This document shows, piece by piece, positions 26,241 through 38,941 of a DNA stretch of 49,055 nt. The notes beneath the pieces are model-generated. The model saw only the letters and a list, made by a program, of their open reading frames with translations. It had not been told where the DNA came from and made no database searches. This stretch comes from Intoshia linei (taxonomy: Eukaryota; Animalia; Orthonectida). The number at the start of each line of letters is the position of its first letter. The stretch's first letter is position 1. The stretch is taken from positions 1-49,055 of the forward strand of contig LWCA01000131.1 of the NCBI GenBank assembly GCA_001642005.1. The letters run 5' to 3'. Both the position numbers and the translations under genes were made by a program.

Positions 26241-29200
26241 TTAATCTGTACAATTCACGCATACGTCTTGAATCAATAAACAAGAAATCCAACAATTTGA
26301 GGTGTAGTTTAATATTCTGGTTTCTACTGAAGATTTCAAAATTTTTGGTTCATTTTTGGAATCCATTTTTTTTGGATTTGATATAGTTAATTCAGTTGGA
26401 ATGTAACTGAAAAGGTCTAGATTTGTTTGACGAAGGAGTTGTAGATATTTGTTGAAACCCCAACTGTATATTTTACCATTTTCTAAATTTAAAAGAATCA
26501 ATGTTTTTAGTATTTTTAGATTCGTGTATCGATATTATTAGAAAAATAAAATTTCCCTTTCAATATTAGGATATTTAAAAACATTATATTTTTTTTATAA
26601 ACCCAATTATTAGTTTCTTTTATCATAATTCCCACAATATCAAAAGTAAAGATTAGTATTTAACAAAAATAATGATGTAAAACGTTTCCCTATACTACTG
26701 TTGGAGAATCTTTTTATGCAGTGGTTATTTTTAGTGCTACCCAAAAGTTAAAAATGGATACAGGAACAAGTTTTTTTTTAATATTGTATATAGGAGTCTA
26801 GGCTAATTCATCTGACCCGGACCCACTGTTGGCATTCCTCCATAGTCAATAATATAAATTGATTATCTCGCATGTCACTGATCTAAACACTCATGAAATG
26901 TAACAAGTTTTATGACATTTAGGACAGCTTTTCCAACTATCGTCACATTATTTATCAAAATCATTTTATATCGTTACCATTTAATGCAAAAGTACAACTG
27001 GATCCACATTTTACACTGATCCAATCTGTGTCATTCGTTTCAACAGCTTCAGGAAAATTTGATATAGAGACATGATTATTTCCAAGTGATTTATTTTCCA
27101 ATGCCAGTTGTCCAAAATTGTTCCATCCCCACAAATATAACACTCCAGCGCCTAAATACTATATTTTAGTAGTTCTTAACTGGGGTCCGCAATATATTTT
27201 ATAAAAAATATGATAATTTTTTTTTGAAATAAAATTTGAATGCAGAAATACGCATATTTAAAAAGCACACTAAAAGAAGTAGTAAGCATTGTAAATTTGA
27301 TTACATTTCGTTCATTAAATTCCCGTATTTTTCATGTTATGCGAAGAAATAGAAATTCTTATAATCAACTGCTACTATATTATAATATACGTTGGTTGTC
27401 ATTTGGTAAAGTACTTGGAGTTTTTTTGAATTGATCTATCAAATTAAAAAATTTTTATTAATTCATCAAAAAATCCAATTAGAAATTTTACCTTATCGAA
27501 TTTTTTAATGATTATACAATAGGTCTATTCCAATTTGGACTTTTTCTTCAAATTTCAAAAAAACAAATATAGATAATAATCTCCATTAAATTTGCTGCAG
27601 AATAGTATAAAAAATTTTTATTTTCGTCACAAAACACCCCCTCGTCTTTACTTTTTTCTGTTTTCCTAACATTTTTTCCCCGTAGTTGCCATGCATTTGT
27701 TATAATTTTAAGATATAATATAGATCATGTGACACTAATCATATTAATTAAAAAAAATCAATAAAAAATCGTTTCTTTTAAACACAGTTCACGAACAAAC
27801 TTTTCGTCATATTTACAAAAATTATATAATTTCAAAAAAAGACATGAATTTATATGAACTGGGTCAAAATATTTTAAATGCTTTTACTCAAATATTTTTT
27901 AAGCACTATTGTAAAATCATTTTTTTGTTAAACTTATAATATTAAGAGTAAAACGAATTTATAAATGATAAAATTTAATTCATTACCTTTGTGAATATTT
28001 TATTACCGTAGATACTATTTATATTTCTTAACTATTTTTTTACATAGAAAATTAGTACGAATTTAAATTAAATTTAACAAAAAAATATGAATTAAATTTG
28101 TTTATAGTTTTTGAACATATATTTTCAACTTTAATAGTTAATTTACTAATATTAATTAATGTCGAAAAAGATCTTTCACAAGGTTCAATGGTTATCATTA
28201 TATCGTTTAATTTAACAAAATATGAAAATATTTCAAAAATTTCTTGTAAACTTTGAAATCATTTTAATATTCGACATTTTTAAAAGTTTTATAAATTCAG
28301 ATAAATTTGTGACCAGAAAAAATACGTACTATAAATTTTAGTTTATTTGGTGATAAATGTAAAGCCAAAACGATGACGAATAAAAATTTTCGACTTAAAA
28401 TTTAAAACTTCAAGACGCGGGGATTTTTTTGGATAAAAATTAAAAATATTAATATCATTCTGCAGCAAATTAAGCGGTGCTCATTTTCTATATATATCAT
28501 TTTTATATTAGAAAAATGGAATAGCCCTAATGTACAATGTACATTTATAATATTAAATTGCATATTTATCGGACTTATTCAATTATTTTAAAATTAAGTT
28601 TACATGGAAGAAACGTAAAGAAATTTAAGGTTGAAGCTATAATTAAAAAAATAGTTTTATGGTTACTAGTGATCCGACGATTCCAAGCAATCGGAATCAG
28701 GAATTGTTCTTTTTTTAAAAGATGAAAATTTTACTATTTTTACGATTTCGATTCTTTACGACTTTTTTTTAAAAAATATAAAAATTAATTGCAAAAAATA
28801 GCAATTTTTTTAAATTAAATTTAATTAAATATGGATTATCGCTCAATACAATAAAATAATTAAATTTTCCGAATATTGGTTTACTTGTAAAACAATATTT
28901 ATCTTCGCCTCCTTCTGCAATTGAAGATTTCATAATTTTCAGGGTTGAAGGTTCTATCTGTTCTCCAAAACGAAATAGAAATGTTTGGTACAACTGGTGA
29001 AAAGCTAATGTTTTAACATTATAATTTAAAATTATTTGGTTCTGATATTAATTAATTTTAAGCAGATTTACTATGTTTTTAGTCGTTTATTTCGTATTTC
29101 TATAAATTCATTTATTCTTAGTTATTTTTCTAATTAAAACAAATAAAACTCTCAAAAATAGTATGATTCAAAAGTATTTGGAATCGCATCGGAATAGTTT

Positions 29201-30886
29201 TTTTAAGAATAGAATCGGAATCGGCATTGTTGAAAATTTAGGAATCGTCGCATCACTAGTTACCACGAATTAAAAACTAAATTTATGAATCGTTTCCAAC
29301 ACTTTATAATTTTTTTAAATATTTTCTAAAAATTATATTTTTAGTTTAATATAATGAGTTTACTAAATAGTAAATCAATAAATGTAATATAAAGACAATT
29401 TTTTATAAGCCTAATATACAGATTTCCCTTTTTAAAATAAATTTAATAATAAAAACTTATTGCTGCTGAATGCCAACCTCCGGCAGAAAAAGAAGTGATA
29501 TTTAATCCTCCAAAAAAATCGATGAATTTAGGCTTAGTGCAATTTTCGTTATTTCCATGTCCAAGTTGACCACGTCTATAAAAAAATAATGAATATTGAT
29601 AATTATAATTAAACTTTCAAAGTTAAACGGCATTTCATAAAAAAATACCAAGCATTTAACAAATAAAGGAGTCGTAATGAAAATGATTATATTTTTCGTA
29701 ATTTTACGATTTAAAAATTAAAAATTACGATCCAGATCCACATGACATTATACCATGATTTATGAGCACCAAAAAGTGTTCATGCCCAAATGACATGGAA
29801 AACACTTTAACTTTTTTGACGAATGTAGTCATTGTCAAAGTATTGCCCTGATGAGTATACATTAATCCTTCTAAATAAAATCACAATGCAAATATTCAAA
29901 TTAATATATAATTACATACGTACTTTTCATGTTGAAGCCAACAAAATTGTTTTTCCAAAATTTTAGATAATCGTAAATCAATTCTACATGATAACGATTA
30001 AAATTAATTCCTATATGAATCTATTTATTAAAAATAATTAGTAAATTAAACAGGACGCATTTACATTATACCTTTTATAACATTAAAAGAATGTCAAATG
30101 GGACAGACCTAATGTACAATGTACATTAGCTACATTTTTGTAACATTTGTAATATCTTAACGTTTTTTCTAAAATTAGAATAAAATTTTTGAAATGTTTG
30201 AATAAGTTTCTACGTTTATTTATCCCACAAATCCACCAAAACAATGATAAATACACAGTTGTATAACTATAATTTAAATAAAAAATTTTAAACTTTCTCC
30301 ACAAACGAAGCAGGAATTTAAATTTTTGTAAAAAAATTGCAAGGTTATTACAATTCTAATATTTAATTGCATATTATTTCTTACTGTGATTCACTATTTA
30401 GAATTTTTTTAGTGTGATTCACTGAAATTCATAATTTGTAGTGTAAATTACTGTGATTCACTGTTTAGTGTGACCGCATACTGTAGACATAAATTTACCT
30501 TTATTTATACAATTTTTTTTGTCGCGCTGTATTTTAACAAATTCAGAATAGGTTGAATCCATATTATAAACATCTTGAATAAATGATTTTCCATTTTTAT
30601 AAAAGAAAATTTCATTCCAACTAAAAGCAACTTGATCCAAATATACACTGACAATATTTTCACTGTTTAGATTCACAATAAAATATTTTTTACACTTGAT
30701 ACATTCACAGTCTGATGTCTCATAAAATTCTATACACATTACAAAATATAGACTAAGCATTGTTGTTTCGAGTCTAATTTCAACTTTTCCGTCTTTTGCC
30801 ATATTTTGAATAACATTATCCATGTTTGGTAAATGCAATGTTGTTGTTTCATTTTTTATTTTGTTGTTAAATAAAATTTTCAACAT
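26241..30886 (-). CDS. RCC1 domain-containing protein (RCCD1-like), multi-exon
   Basis: Exons give SFGHEHFLVL...SCGSGS/RGQLGHG...FSAGGWHSAAI/SAGVLYLWGWNNFGQLAL...VKCGSSCT/ENGKIYSWGFNKYLQL. ORF 30458-30925 (…VAFSWNEIFF…) splices in phase (donor 30498, acceptor 29984) and is likely the 5' exon. The start codon is uncertain. Confidence 0.8.
27517..28532. mobile_element. Complete ~1-kb non-autonomous DNA transposon with CAYTAGG-like termini and ~130-bp imperfect TIRs (in RCCD1-like intron)
   Basis: TA|CAATAGGTCTATTCCA ... TGGAATAGCCCTAATG|TA, with inverted blocks TTTGCTGCAGAAT / ATTCTGCAGCAAA. A second copy lies at 3947-4340. Confidence 0.75.
28667..29258. mobile_element. hAT-like MITE with TAGTGAT termini and apparent 5-bp TSD
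   Basis: gttac|TAGTGATCCGACGATTCC ... GGAATCGTCGCATCACTA|gttac, with subterminal AATCGG repeats. Confidence 0.72.
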
Positions 30887-31744
30887 AAAGATTGTTTTTA
30901 TTTTGTTTTTGTAAAATTTATCCAAAATTATAAAGTAATTTATTTATTCATTTTGTCCACCCCAAACACAAATTTTAGTTACATAGCATCAAGTATCAAT
31001 GAAGTATATTTATTATCTTGGTTTTAAATTTATATCCTATATTTTTAATTTTTATTTTTATGTTGATGAATGAAATTCACCGGACGAATCACTACACCAC
31101 GTGAATTTTATTTTTAAATTTTTGTATGTATATTGCTTAATTAAACCGGTAATTATAAATTTTATTTAGGATGAAGAATAAGTACTTACAGAGTAAATTA
31201 TTCTTTTTAATAATCAGTAGTTAAGTTACTTTTCAATTAATATTTTTCAATATTGAGGTAATGACAAATACCTAAAATTGAAATAAAAATAAATAATATT
31301 GATATTATGAATATATTATTATTATATATTTATTTCTTACATGTTATATTATTTATACATTTATAGCTAAAACTCATCTACGCATATATTGAATTTCAAT
31401 ATATCAACAAAATATGCAAAGCTGAAAACAGTTTCCAAACAATTTATAAATATCTGATTCCCTAGCCTTTATAGCTTCTTTCTCAGATCAAAATAATAAC
31501 GTATTGTTTTCTTAACAAAAAAATCTGAATTCCAAGGTAATTTAAAGTCGTAGTAACAATATATTAATTCAAACTAAATATACACACGCAATTTTATTAA
31601 TTCTTATAGAATTAAACAACATTATACAAGACGTAAATACATAATTTTTTGTTTATACCAATTATGTACAAAATATATAATTTATTTTTTATTAATTTTG
31701 AATAAATAGCTTCATTTAGATTTGAATATATTTTAATTTTAATC

Positions 31745-34700
31745 ATGAACCAGGAAGAAAAATTTGAAAATGAAGTGGATGTTTTGAATTCATATGATAT
31801 CAATACATTCATGTATGATGAATGTCAGTCAAATTTACAAAATTTGGACAGAAGCAGTGATTCTGGTTTGGCAGATTCGCCAAATTCAGATTTTCATGAA
31901 TATTTTAATTATCAAAATATTAATTTACCCTGTCAAAATCAGGTTTTTTATTTTATATTTGTAGATTAAAATTATATGTGTAACTGAAACTTAACATTTA
32001 GAAAATTTCAGAAAATGTACTAGACGAATGTAAAATTTTTCCGCAAGTTGATGGTGATTTGATTTTCGTAGATCACGTTGATGTAATTTTATACAAGGAT
32101 TTATGTTTAGGTTATGACATTTTAAACTTTTTTTGAAATTAATAATGGTATACATAAAATAATACCAGTTTCATTTTGTTTCTAAACCCAGTTTGTAAGT
32201 TGATTATATGTTATAAAATCATTTCAGCTAAAAATAAATTATAACTTTCTAAATTAGTGGTTACCGATTGTGCCTTGAGATTCAAATAAAATATCAAAAA
32301 AAATTTATTTGAAATAGAGTTCTGAAACACGATCAGAACACGAGTTTCGGATCGTGTTTAGAAAATTTTTATATTACGTGTTTTGAGTCGTGTTCAGATC
32401 ATGTTTAAAAAATTTAAATATTTCGTGTTTTAAGTTTTTAACTAATCTTTAACTTTAATTTTTAATATATTTAATTTTTGCTGAATTAAAATTTTGATCG
32501 TGTTTCGGACAAAAATTTTTCGTTTCGTTCGTACATATCAACTCAACACGATCCGATGCAGAACTCTAATTTGAACTGTTGAGTCATTTATCAATTTTTG
32601 ATTAATTAACCTTAATTTAAATGTACAAAATTAAAAAAATGTACTCAATATTCTCTTATTTGTTTTTTAGTCTATATTATAAATATAATTAAAAATAATT
32701 ACCAATTTTCGAGATTTATACTGCGTGTTTATGTTTTAAAAGTGTGTATAAATAATTTAATAAAATAATTAGATTGCTAAATTTAAAGTGAATAATTAAT
32801 GTATCAACCCTTAGGGCTTAAACAAAAGTTATTTTAACCAAATGTTAATGAAATATCTATTTTACAAGAAACTTTTAAGCAGAGTTTTCGTTATTTTGAT
32901 TTAATCGGTTAGTGTAAACCAGACATGGGGAAAGTGCGGTCTTATTGGAGATTTGGTCTGGCATTCTGAACAATTTGAATTATCATTCATTTAAAATTAT
33001 TTTATTTATTATATTATTTTTCAGAAAAATATTGGTAAAAGCAGTTTTTTCCAAATAAAATAAAATTTATTTAGGGGTTTAAAATGATATTTTTTATTTT
33101 GGGATCAGATAAAGGGATTTTTGATTTAAAAGTTTGGTAAAATGGTATTTTTCTAAAAAAATATTGGTAAAAGGAGATTTTTTTATGGGTGGTAAAATTT
33201 TGGTCATTTTTCATAAAATTTTACTAAATTGAATAAAATATCCTAAAAATTTATCATTCATCCCCAATCATTTAAAATTTTCGTATTCAAATTGAAAATT
33301 AATTAAATTAATTATTAACCACTGATGTATTTGATTAAATATTATATTAAATTTAATAAGAAAGGTGCGGCCTTCGAATAGTAAATGCTTCCCCACCTCT
33401 GGTGTAAACTATTATATAAAATTTAAATTATGAAAGGAATAATGCCGTTTATCTAATCTTATTAATCTAGAAATCTCCTCTTGATGTACTTGATGAATTT
33501 ACTTTGAAACCTTTAAATTATTCAAGTATTACATTGGATGAAACAGATTCAATCAATGTACCTCCAATTCAACCTAATCAATTAATGTGTAAACCGCAAA
33601 AGAAAATTACCAATAAATTTATATTACCGAAAACATTTATACCTTCCTCAAATTGTAATCAAATTACTTTAATTAATTCAAATGGCACACATCAGCAATC
33701 TAATGAAAAAATAAATAGTGTATAAATTTATTAATATTAATTTGTAATTTATTTTCATTTCTTTATAGAGTGGAGACGTTGAAAAAGTTAAAAAGGCTAA
33801 GAAAATGATGCGTAATCGCATTGCTGCCGCCAAGTCGAGAGAAAATAAGAAAAAAGTAAAATTTATAGAATTTCCTAAAAACCCCCCTTAAAATTTGGTT
33901 TACAAAAATTTCTAAAAAACCCTAGATGCTAAAGCTGATGTTGCATATGACGTTCCAAGTATCCAACTAACAAATTCCAAAAAATTTATTAAGAGTATTG
34001 GTATTCACAATACTTTTTTGGTATTGGTATAGAATATTTTTGGTGTTGAGAGTCAATACCAAGAAGTACTAGTATTGTGCACATGCCTACAGTGCATTTC
34101 AACAATATAATTACAAAATTGTTGGAAGCACAGTAAGTTGCTTTAAAACCTAAAATTTGCATCATGTGCAATATAATGGCCCTAAAGCCTAGGGTTCATG
34201 GAAAATAAGTATACCGTCAGTAGGAATTAACTCAAAAAGTTGAACCAACTATTTTTTCAGCATTTTCTTTATAATTGTTTTATATACATGTATTTATTCT
34301 ACTTGTAGTATTTAAACTTACTGGAATCAAAATTGACTCTGTTACAAGAATCTAATTCTGCATTAAAGGAAAGAAACTCTTTACTTGTAAATGAAGTTAA
34401 TCAGTTGAAAAAGGAGGTATATTTTTTTAAACTTTAATATGTAAATCAGTATTCTTTTTATAGTTTTAACCCATTACAATTTTTTAGAGCATGTCAAATA
34501 AAAAATAGCCTCATTGGTTTAAAATATTATATTTAGAATGAAAATCTCAAATTGTCCATAAATCAAGAAAGTTACGGCGTTTCTTCAAAAAGAATTAAAA
34601 TTGCTAAAGTGTTTATTTTTATTTGCTTTATTGGCATAAATTTTCAGTAATTTATTTTTATTTTCGATTAATATATCTAGTGTCTAACGAACCGTATCCA

Positions 34701-36840
34701 AAAATGTCAACGAAATTTTGCAAAATTGAGTATTAAAAAAATATATTATTTAATATCATAACTATTCTGTGTATAATTATAACCCTAAAATTTTATTGGT
34801 ACTTTTTTATTGTCTTTTATAATAATTTCTGATTTTGATTGGGTCGTTTCAGACCAAAACCATAACTGTGTGCATATGCTGGTTGTGGTGTTGTTATAAC
34901 CGGATATGTGTTTATTTAGCGTCATAGTGATTCCCTTCTAATCCATTAATTAACCATATTTTATTAATTCATTTATTTTAGATTTCTCAATGTTAATTTG
35001 TTTATTTATCCATTTTCTACACTTTTACCAATTCATAAAGATTTGGTTGTGCATACTAGAACATTATTTTCGGCAAAACAAGTTTCACAGACTTCATTAC
35101 CTTCAAAACTGAATACGTTAAATTATCCTAAAAATGAGATGAATATAACAAATTTTGAAATGTAAGATAAATTTCGTTTCTCATTTTATTTGATTTTAGT
35201 CTAGCTAAAAATTTATACAAATTGGAAAAGGAAAACCCTAAAAAATCTTCAATGGTTATTTGGAAGTTTGTTTGATTTAATTTTTATTTGATTCATTTTT
35301 AGACAACCAAAACAAAAACATTTGAAATCTCCAAATATTTTTGATTGGTTTAATCAATATTATAGAGATGATAATACTGCTTACATTTTTAGTAAAGATA
35401 GAGTAATATTCGTAATGTTTATATTTATAAAATTTTTATAGAATTATGCCGTTTATGCTCCTAAAAATGTTAGCCTCAGTAAAGGAATTGAAATGAGCAT
35501 ACTTCTTCCATATACTAGATATCTTACACTTGGATTATTCACAGGTTACTTATTAATTTCAATAGTTTCAAAGTTAGCCGATTACTAAAAATAGAATTTT
35601 GGTTAAAAATTTTATTTATAAAATTCAAATTTTTCATAAATTAAAGACAACTAAAAATATACATACATGTATGATTAAGTATGAAATGGTTAACTAACTG
35701 AAAAATTTAAATCAGTGTATTCTGACGAACATTCATTTTAGCGACATACGTTTGAGCGATACATCTTAGAGTGACATAATCATCGATTTGGTTAATTAAT
35801 CATAATATTTATTTTTTGACAATATTTTTGTGGTTTCTTCAGGGTTTCTCTAATGACAATTTTGTAGGGTTTTGGCATTTTTTTTCTACGATTTTTTAAT
35901 AATTTTGGTAACAAACATTTGGGGGGTTTTTAAGGGAAGTTTTTTTTTACTCAAGTTTTAAAGATTTTGAAGATAATTTTTGTCCCAAAATTGTGTAGGG
36001 TTTTGAAGGGTAATATTATTTTTTTATCATTTTTAAGATTTTGAAGACAATTTGAGACCAACATTTTTAACATTTTATGGGATCTTTAAAAATTAGGTTA
36101 AAAAATGTTGTATTCAAAACCCTACAATATTTTGGTCCCAAAATTATAAATATAAGTTAATAAAATATGAATAAAGAATCCCACAAAATTTTGTGAAAAA
36201 ATCAATGTTATGATAAATTAATAAAATCGATGATTATGTCTCTAAGACAGTAGTTCCCAAACTTGTTCCACCATGGACCACTTGTCACAAAAAAAAATGT
36301 GTGGGGATCACATAATTTTGAAAAAAATCCCTTAATCCTGAACACGTCACTAACTGTAACGCACGTGAAAATTATTCACGTTATTCAGTAAATTTTCGCT
36401 TCATTTCTTGATTAAATGAGGTTTACGATCACTTATAATAATAATAAATGATCGATAATTAATAATATTCTAATTTAATATTATTGTTTAAAAAGTTATC
36501 TTCATTTTATTTAAAATTTTTCTTGTGGACCACTTTGGGAACCACTGCTCTAAGATTTATCGCTCCAACAATACATCGCTCAAATATATGTCGCTCCAGA
36601 GAATGGACGTTGTGTATTTTTAGAGTGGTCATTGGCTACGAGTCGTAACACAACCCAATGACTGTAAATTTGAAAATTGATAAAAATATCAATTGTGATA
36701 CCCTTTTAATTTTTTATTCATTTTATTTTATGCTATTAAATTTCCTTTTAGAATACAACAAATTTTTTGATGGAAAAATGTTAAAGTTTCAATGCAGTCT
36801 AAGTTCCATGGACAAGATGAAACTAAATATGAAATACTAA
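31745..36840 (+). CDS. ATF6: ATF6-like ER-membrane-bound bZIP transcription factor, multi-exon
   Basis: Acidic N-terminus (SSDSGLAD); basic region KKMMRNRIAAAKSRENKKK (33770-33856); leucine-zipper exon YLNLLESKL...; TM KVFIFICFIGINF; S1P-like RTLF; luminal motifs DDNTAYIFS, EMSILLP and MLKFQCSL matching the ATF6 C-terminus pattern. Some exon borders are uncertain. Confidence 0.75.
32315..32568. mobile_element. hAT (Ac-like) MITE in ATF6-like intron
   Basis: TIRs TAGAGTTCTG / CAGAACTCTA, TSD atttgaaa / atttgaac, and repeated subterminal AACACGA/TCGTGTT motifs. Confidence 0.75.
32920..33401. mobile_element. hAT/Charlie-like MITE carrying minisatellite units
   Basis: CAGACATGGGGAA ... TTCCCCACCTCTG with a perfect 8-bp TSD gtgtaaac. 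Confidence 0.82.
35725..36610. mobile_element. Foldback-like element with long imperfect TIRs, interrupted by a Charlie MITE
   Basis: The left block AGCGACATA..TTTGAGCGAT..CTTAGAG.GACATAATCATCGATTT is mirrored on the right (AAATCGATGATTATGTC / CTCTAAG / ATCGCTCAAA..TATGTCGCT). Exact ends are unclear. Confidence 0.55.
36248..36547. mobile_element. hAT/Charlie-like MITE, 300 bp
   Basis: CAGTAGTTCCCAAA ... TTTGGGAACCACTG with a perfect 8-bp TSD ctctaaga. Confidence 0.85.
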
Positions 36841-37051
36841 TTTTAATCACAGTTACAGATAGTTTCAGCACTTTTTCAATTTTAATTAAATGTTTTGTTT
36901 GTTTATATTCCAAGTTTAAAAATTTAAATTTTTTGTTTGACAATTTTCGCAATGCGTATCATTCGTATAAGCCTTATTTCGTGGAATTTATTTGATATTG
37001 TTGAGTGGAGACGTAAATAATCAATATTTTACTAAAGTTATTGATTCGGTG

Positions 37052-38941
37052 ATGAAATTGGGAATTGCATATATTTTGGTACTTTTGCAGGCTTTCAATT
37101 GTCAAAACTTTACTTTGGATTCTCAGGATGGAAAAGAACATGAAAATACTCCGATTGAAATCAATCAAACTATTCAAAATTTAGGTTCATGTAGCTTTGA
37201 AAATTTTGATGATATTACACCATTTGTGAAAAATATTATGAATAAGCAGTATTTCTTATAATAAATTACGTCATTTTATTGGTAGGTATAGTTATATTGG
37301 AGATGTTGCGCAATATCATTTGACCATTTGTGCCCCATTGAACGAAGGTATTACGCACCGGGAAGTGAATAATCTGACTGCAATTACTATTTTATTGGAC
37401 GATAAGATTTATTCGGGGGGAAGTATGAGTCGTGCTCACGTTGCTGGAAAAGGTTTTACGTTTTTATGTAGTTTGGTAAATGTATTGTAGACGAATTACC
37501 CACTTTAATATTCCATGATGGTTCTTTATGGGTTGAACCGCGAGAATGTGGCCCGGAAATTAAACAGCAATCCATGTTTGTTTTTGTTTGTCCACCCGAT
37601 GAATATACGGTAATTTTCATCACATGCTAATCGGAGTTTGGAAAACAATATTTGCAAATTTCTTTAGATTTGATAAAATCAATATACCATTTTGAGTTGT
37701 ATTTTTAATGCTTGTTTCTCCCTCTAATACAAATTTAATTTGTTCTGTATTGGAAAAAAATCAATAACCCTTTACTGAATAACTTTTATTCTGGGTATAA
37801 ACAACTTTGTTGTCGTTTCAGTTAATTGTAATTCATTTGTGTGATACATTTGTTATTTTAATTATAGACTGGCTTACGATTTTCGGGGATATTAAAAATC
37901 GATAAAGTTTGCTACAATTATTTTAAAGTTTACGAAGAATTGGCGTGTAATGAATCTAATGAAAGTATTAGCACTGGGAGTATTTTATTAATAACGTAAT
38001 TTTATATCACCTAATAATAACCTTTTTGATTTGTAGATGATATTTAGTATAAGCCAACAGTGGACCAGATTAGATCAAAATGATATGTCGCTTAGAGGGG
38101 ATACCAATATACACATTATGCTTTTTTATTTATTTTGTAACTTTTTCATTAGCCCATCTAGAGTAAACAAATTTAGCCGCATCATGCGAAATTTTTGTAA
38201 AAAACTTATTTTTTATTTTATTGTTTTTCCTTTATAATTGCTGTATTAACTGAGTATTTTACTTTTAACCTTTTAAAAAATGAATGAAATATTTGACGTA
38301 GCATTACCAAATCGTATACTCGAACTGGTCGGTGAAAAAGGTCCGCCATAGCTGAGTTATTCTATAGTCCTATATAAATATTACAACATTTAAATTTATG
38401 GTGCATGTTGAACCTGTTAATTGATTATTTTAGATTATTTGTAATCATTATAATATATGTTATTGGAACTTGTGTGAAAACCTTTTTTTTCGATCATTAT
38501 GGATTTTCAGATTGGATCTTGATTAGACATGTTCGTTGTGCTGGATCTCTCATTGCTGTAATTTTTTGGTGAATTTAATATTACAGTGAAACCACTAAAA
38601 CATTTTACAATAATTACTAATTAGTAATTGCTAATTTATCGATGATTGATATTTGTTATTTATTTAATTATTTAACCCCTTTGTTAAATTTGTAATATTT
38701 TAAATTTAACATTTAGGATGGTGTTTTATACATTTGTCCCAAGAAGAAGGACGAATTTTATGGAGCCAATGAACCTAACGCAGCAGATTTCAATGATATG
38801 AATATACCTCAATATGATCAACAATACGCTAATAATGGAAATGAAGTCAAAAATAACAATTATACGTTAGATTAATTGATATTAAATTTTTTTCAGCGTT
38901 CAATCGAATGTTTTTTACTAATGTCAGAAACTAAAAAATGA
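37052..38941 (+). CDS. Cation-dependent mannose-6-phosphate receptor-like type I membrane protein (single MRH domain)
   Basis: Signal peptide MKLGIAYILVLLQAFNC. Exons 37052-37248, 37286-37452, 37491-37609, 37868-37995, 38434-38557 and 38717 onward. The Cys pattern and CYNYF...LAC...SISTGSILLI-TM...GSLIADGVLYIC follow CD-MPR. The 3' end is either the stop at 38875 or an extra exon 38897-38941. Confidence 0.75.

Noticed and set aside
30458-30925. 155-codon ORF as an independent orphan gene
   Set aside because: It splices in phase to the downstream RCC1-repeat exons and is better explained as the 5' exon of the RCCD1-like gene.
31085-31105. ERSE element upstream of the ATF6-like gene (CGAAT...CCACG)
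   Set aside because: It lacks CCAAT and the spacer is 7 rather than 9 nt; only a generic CACGTG box remains.
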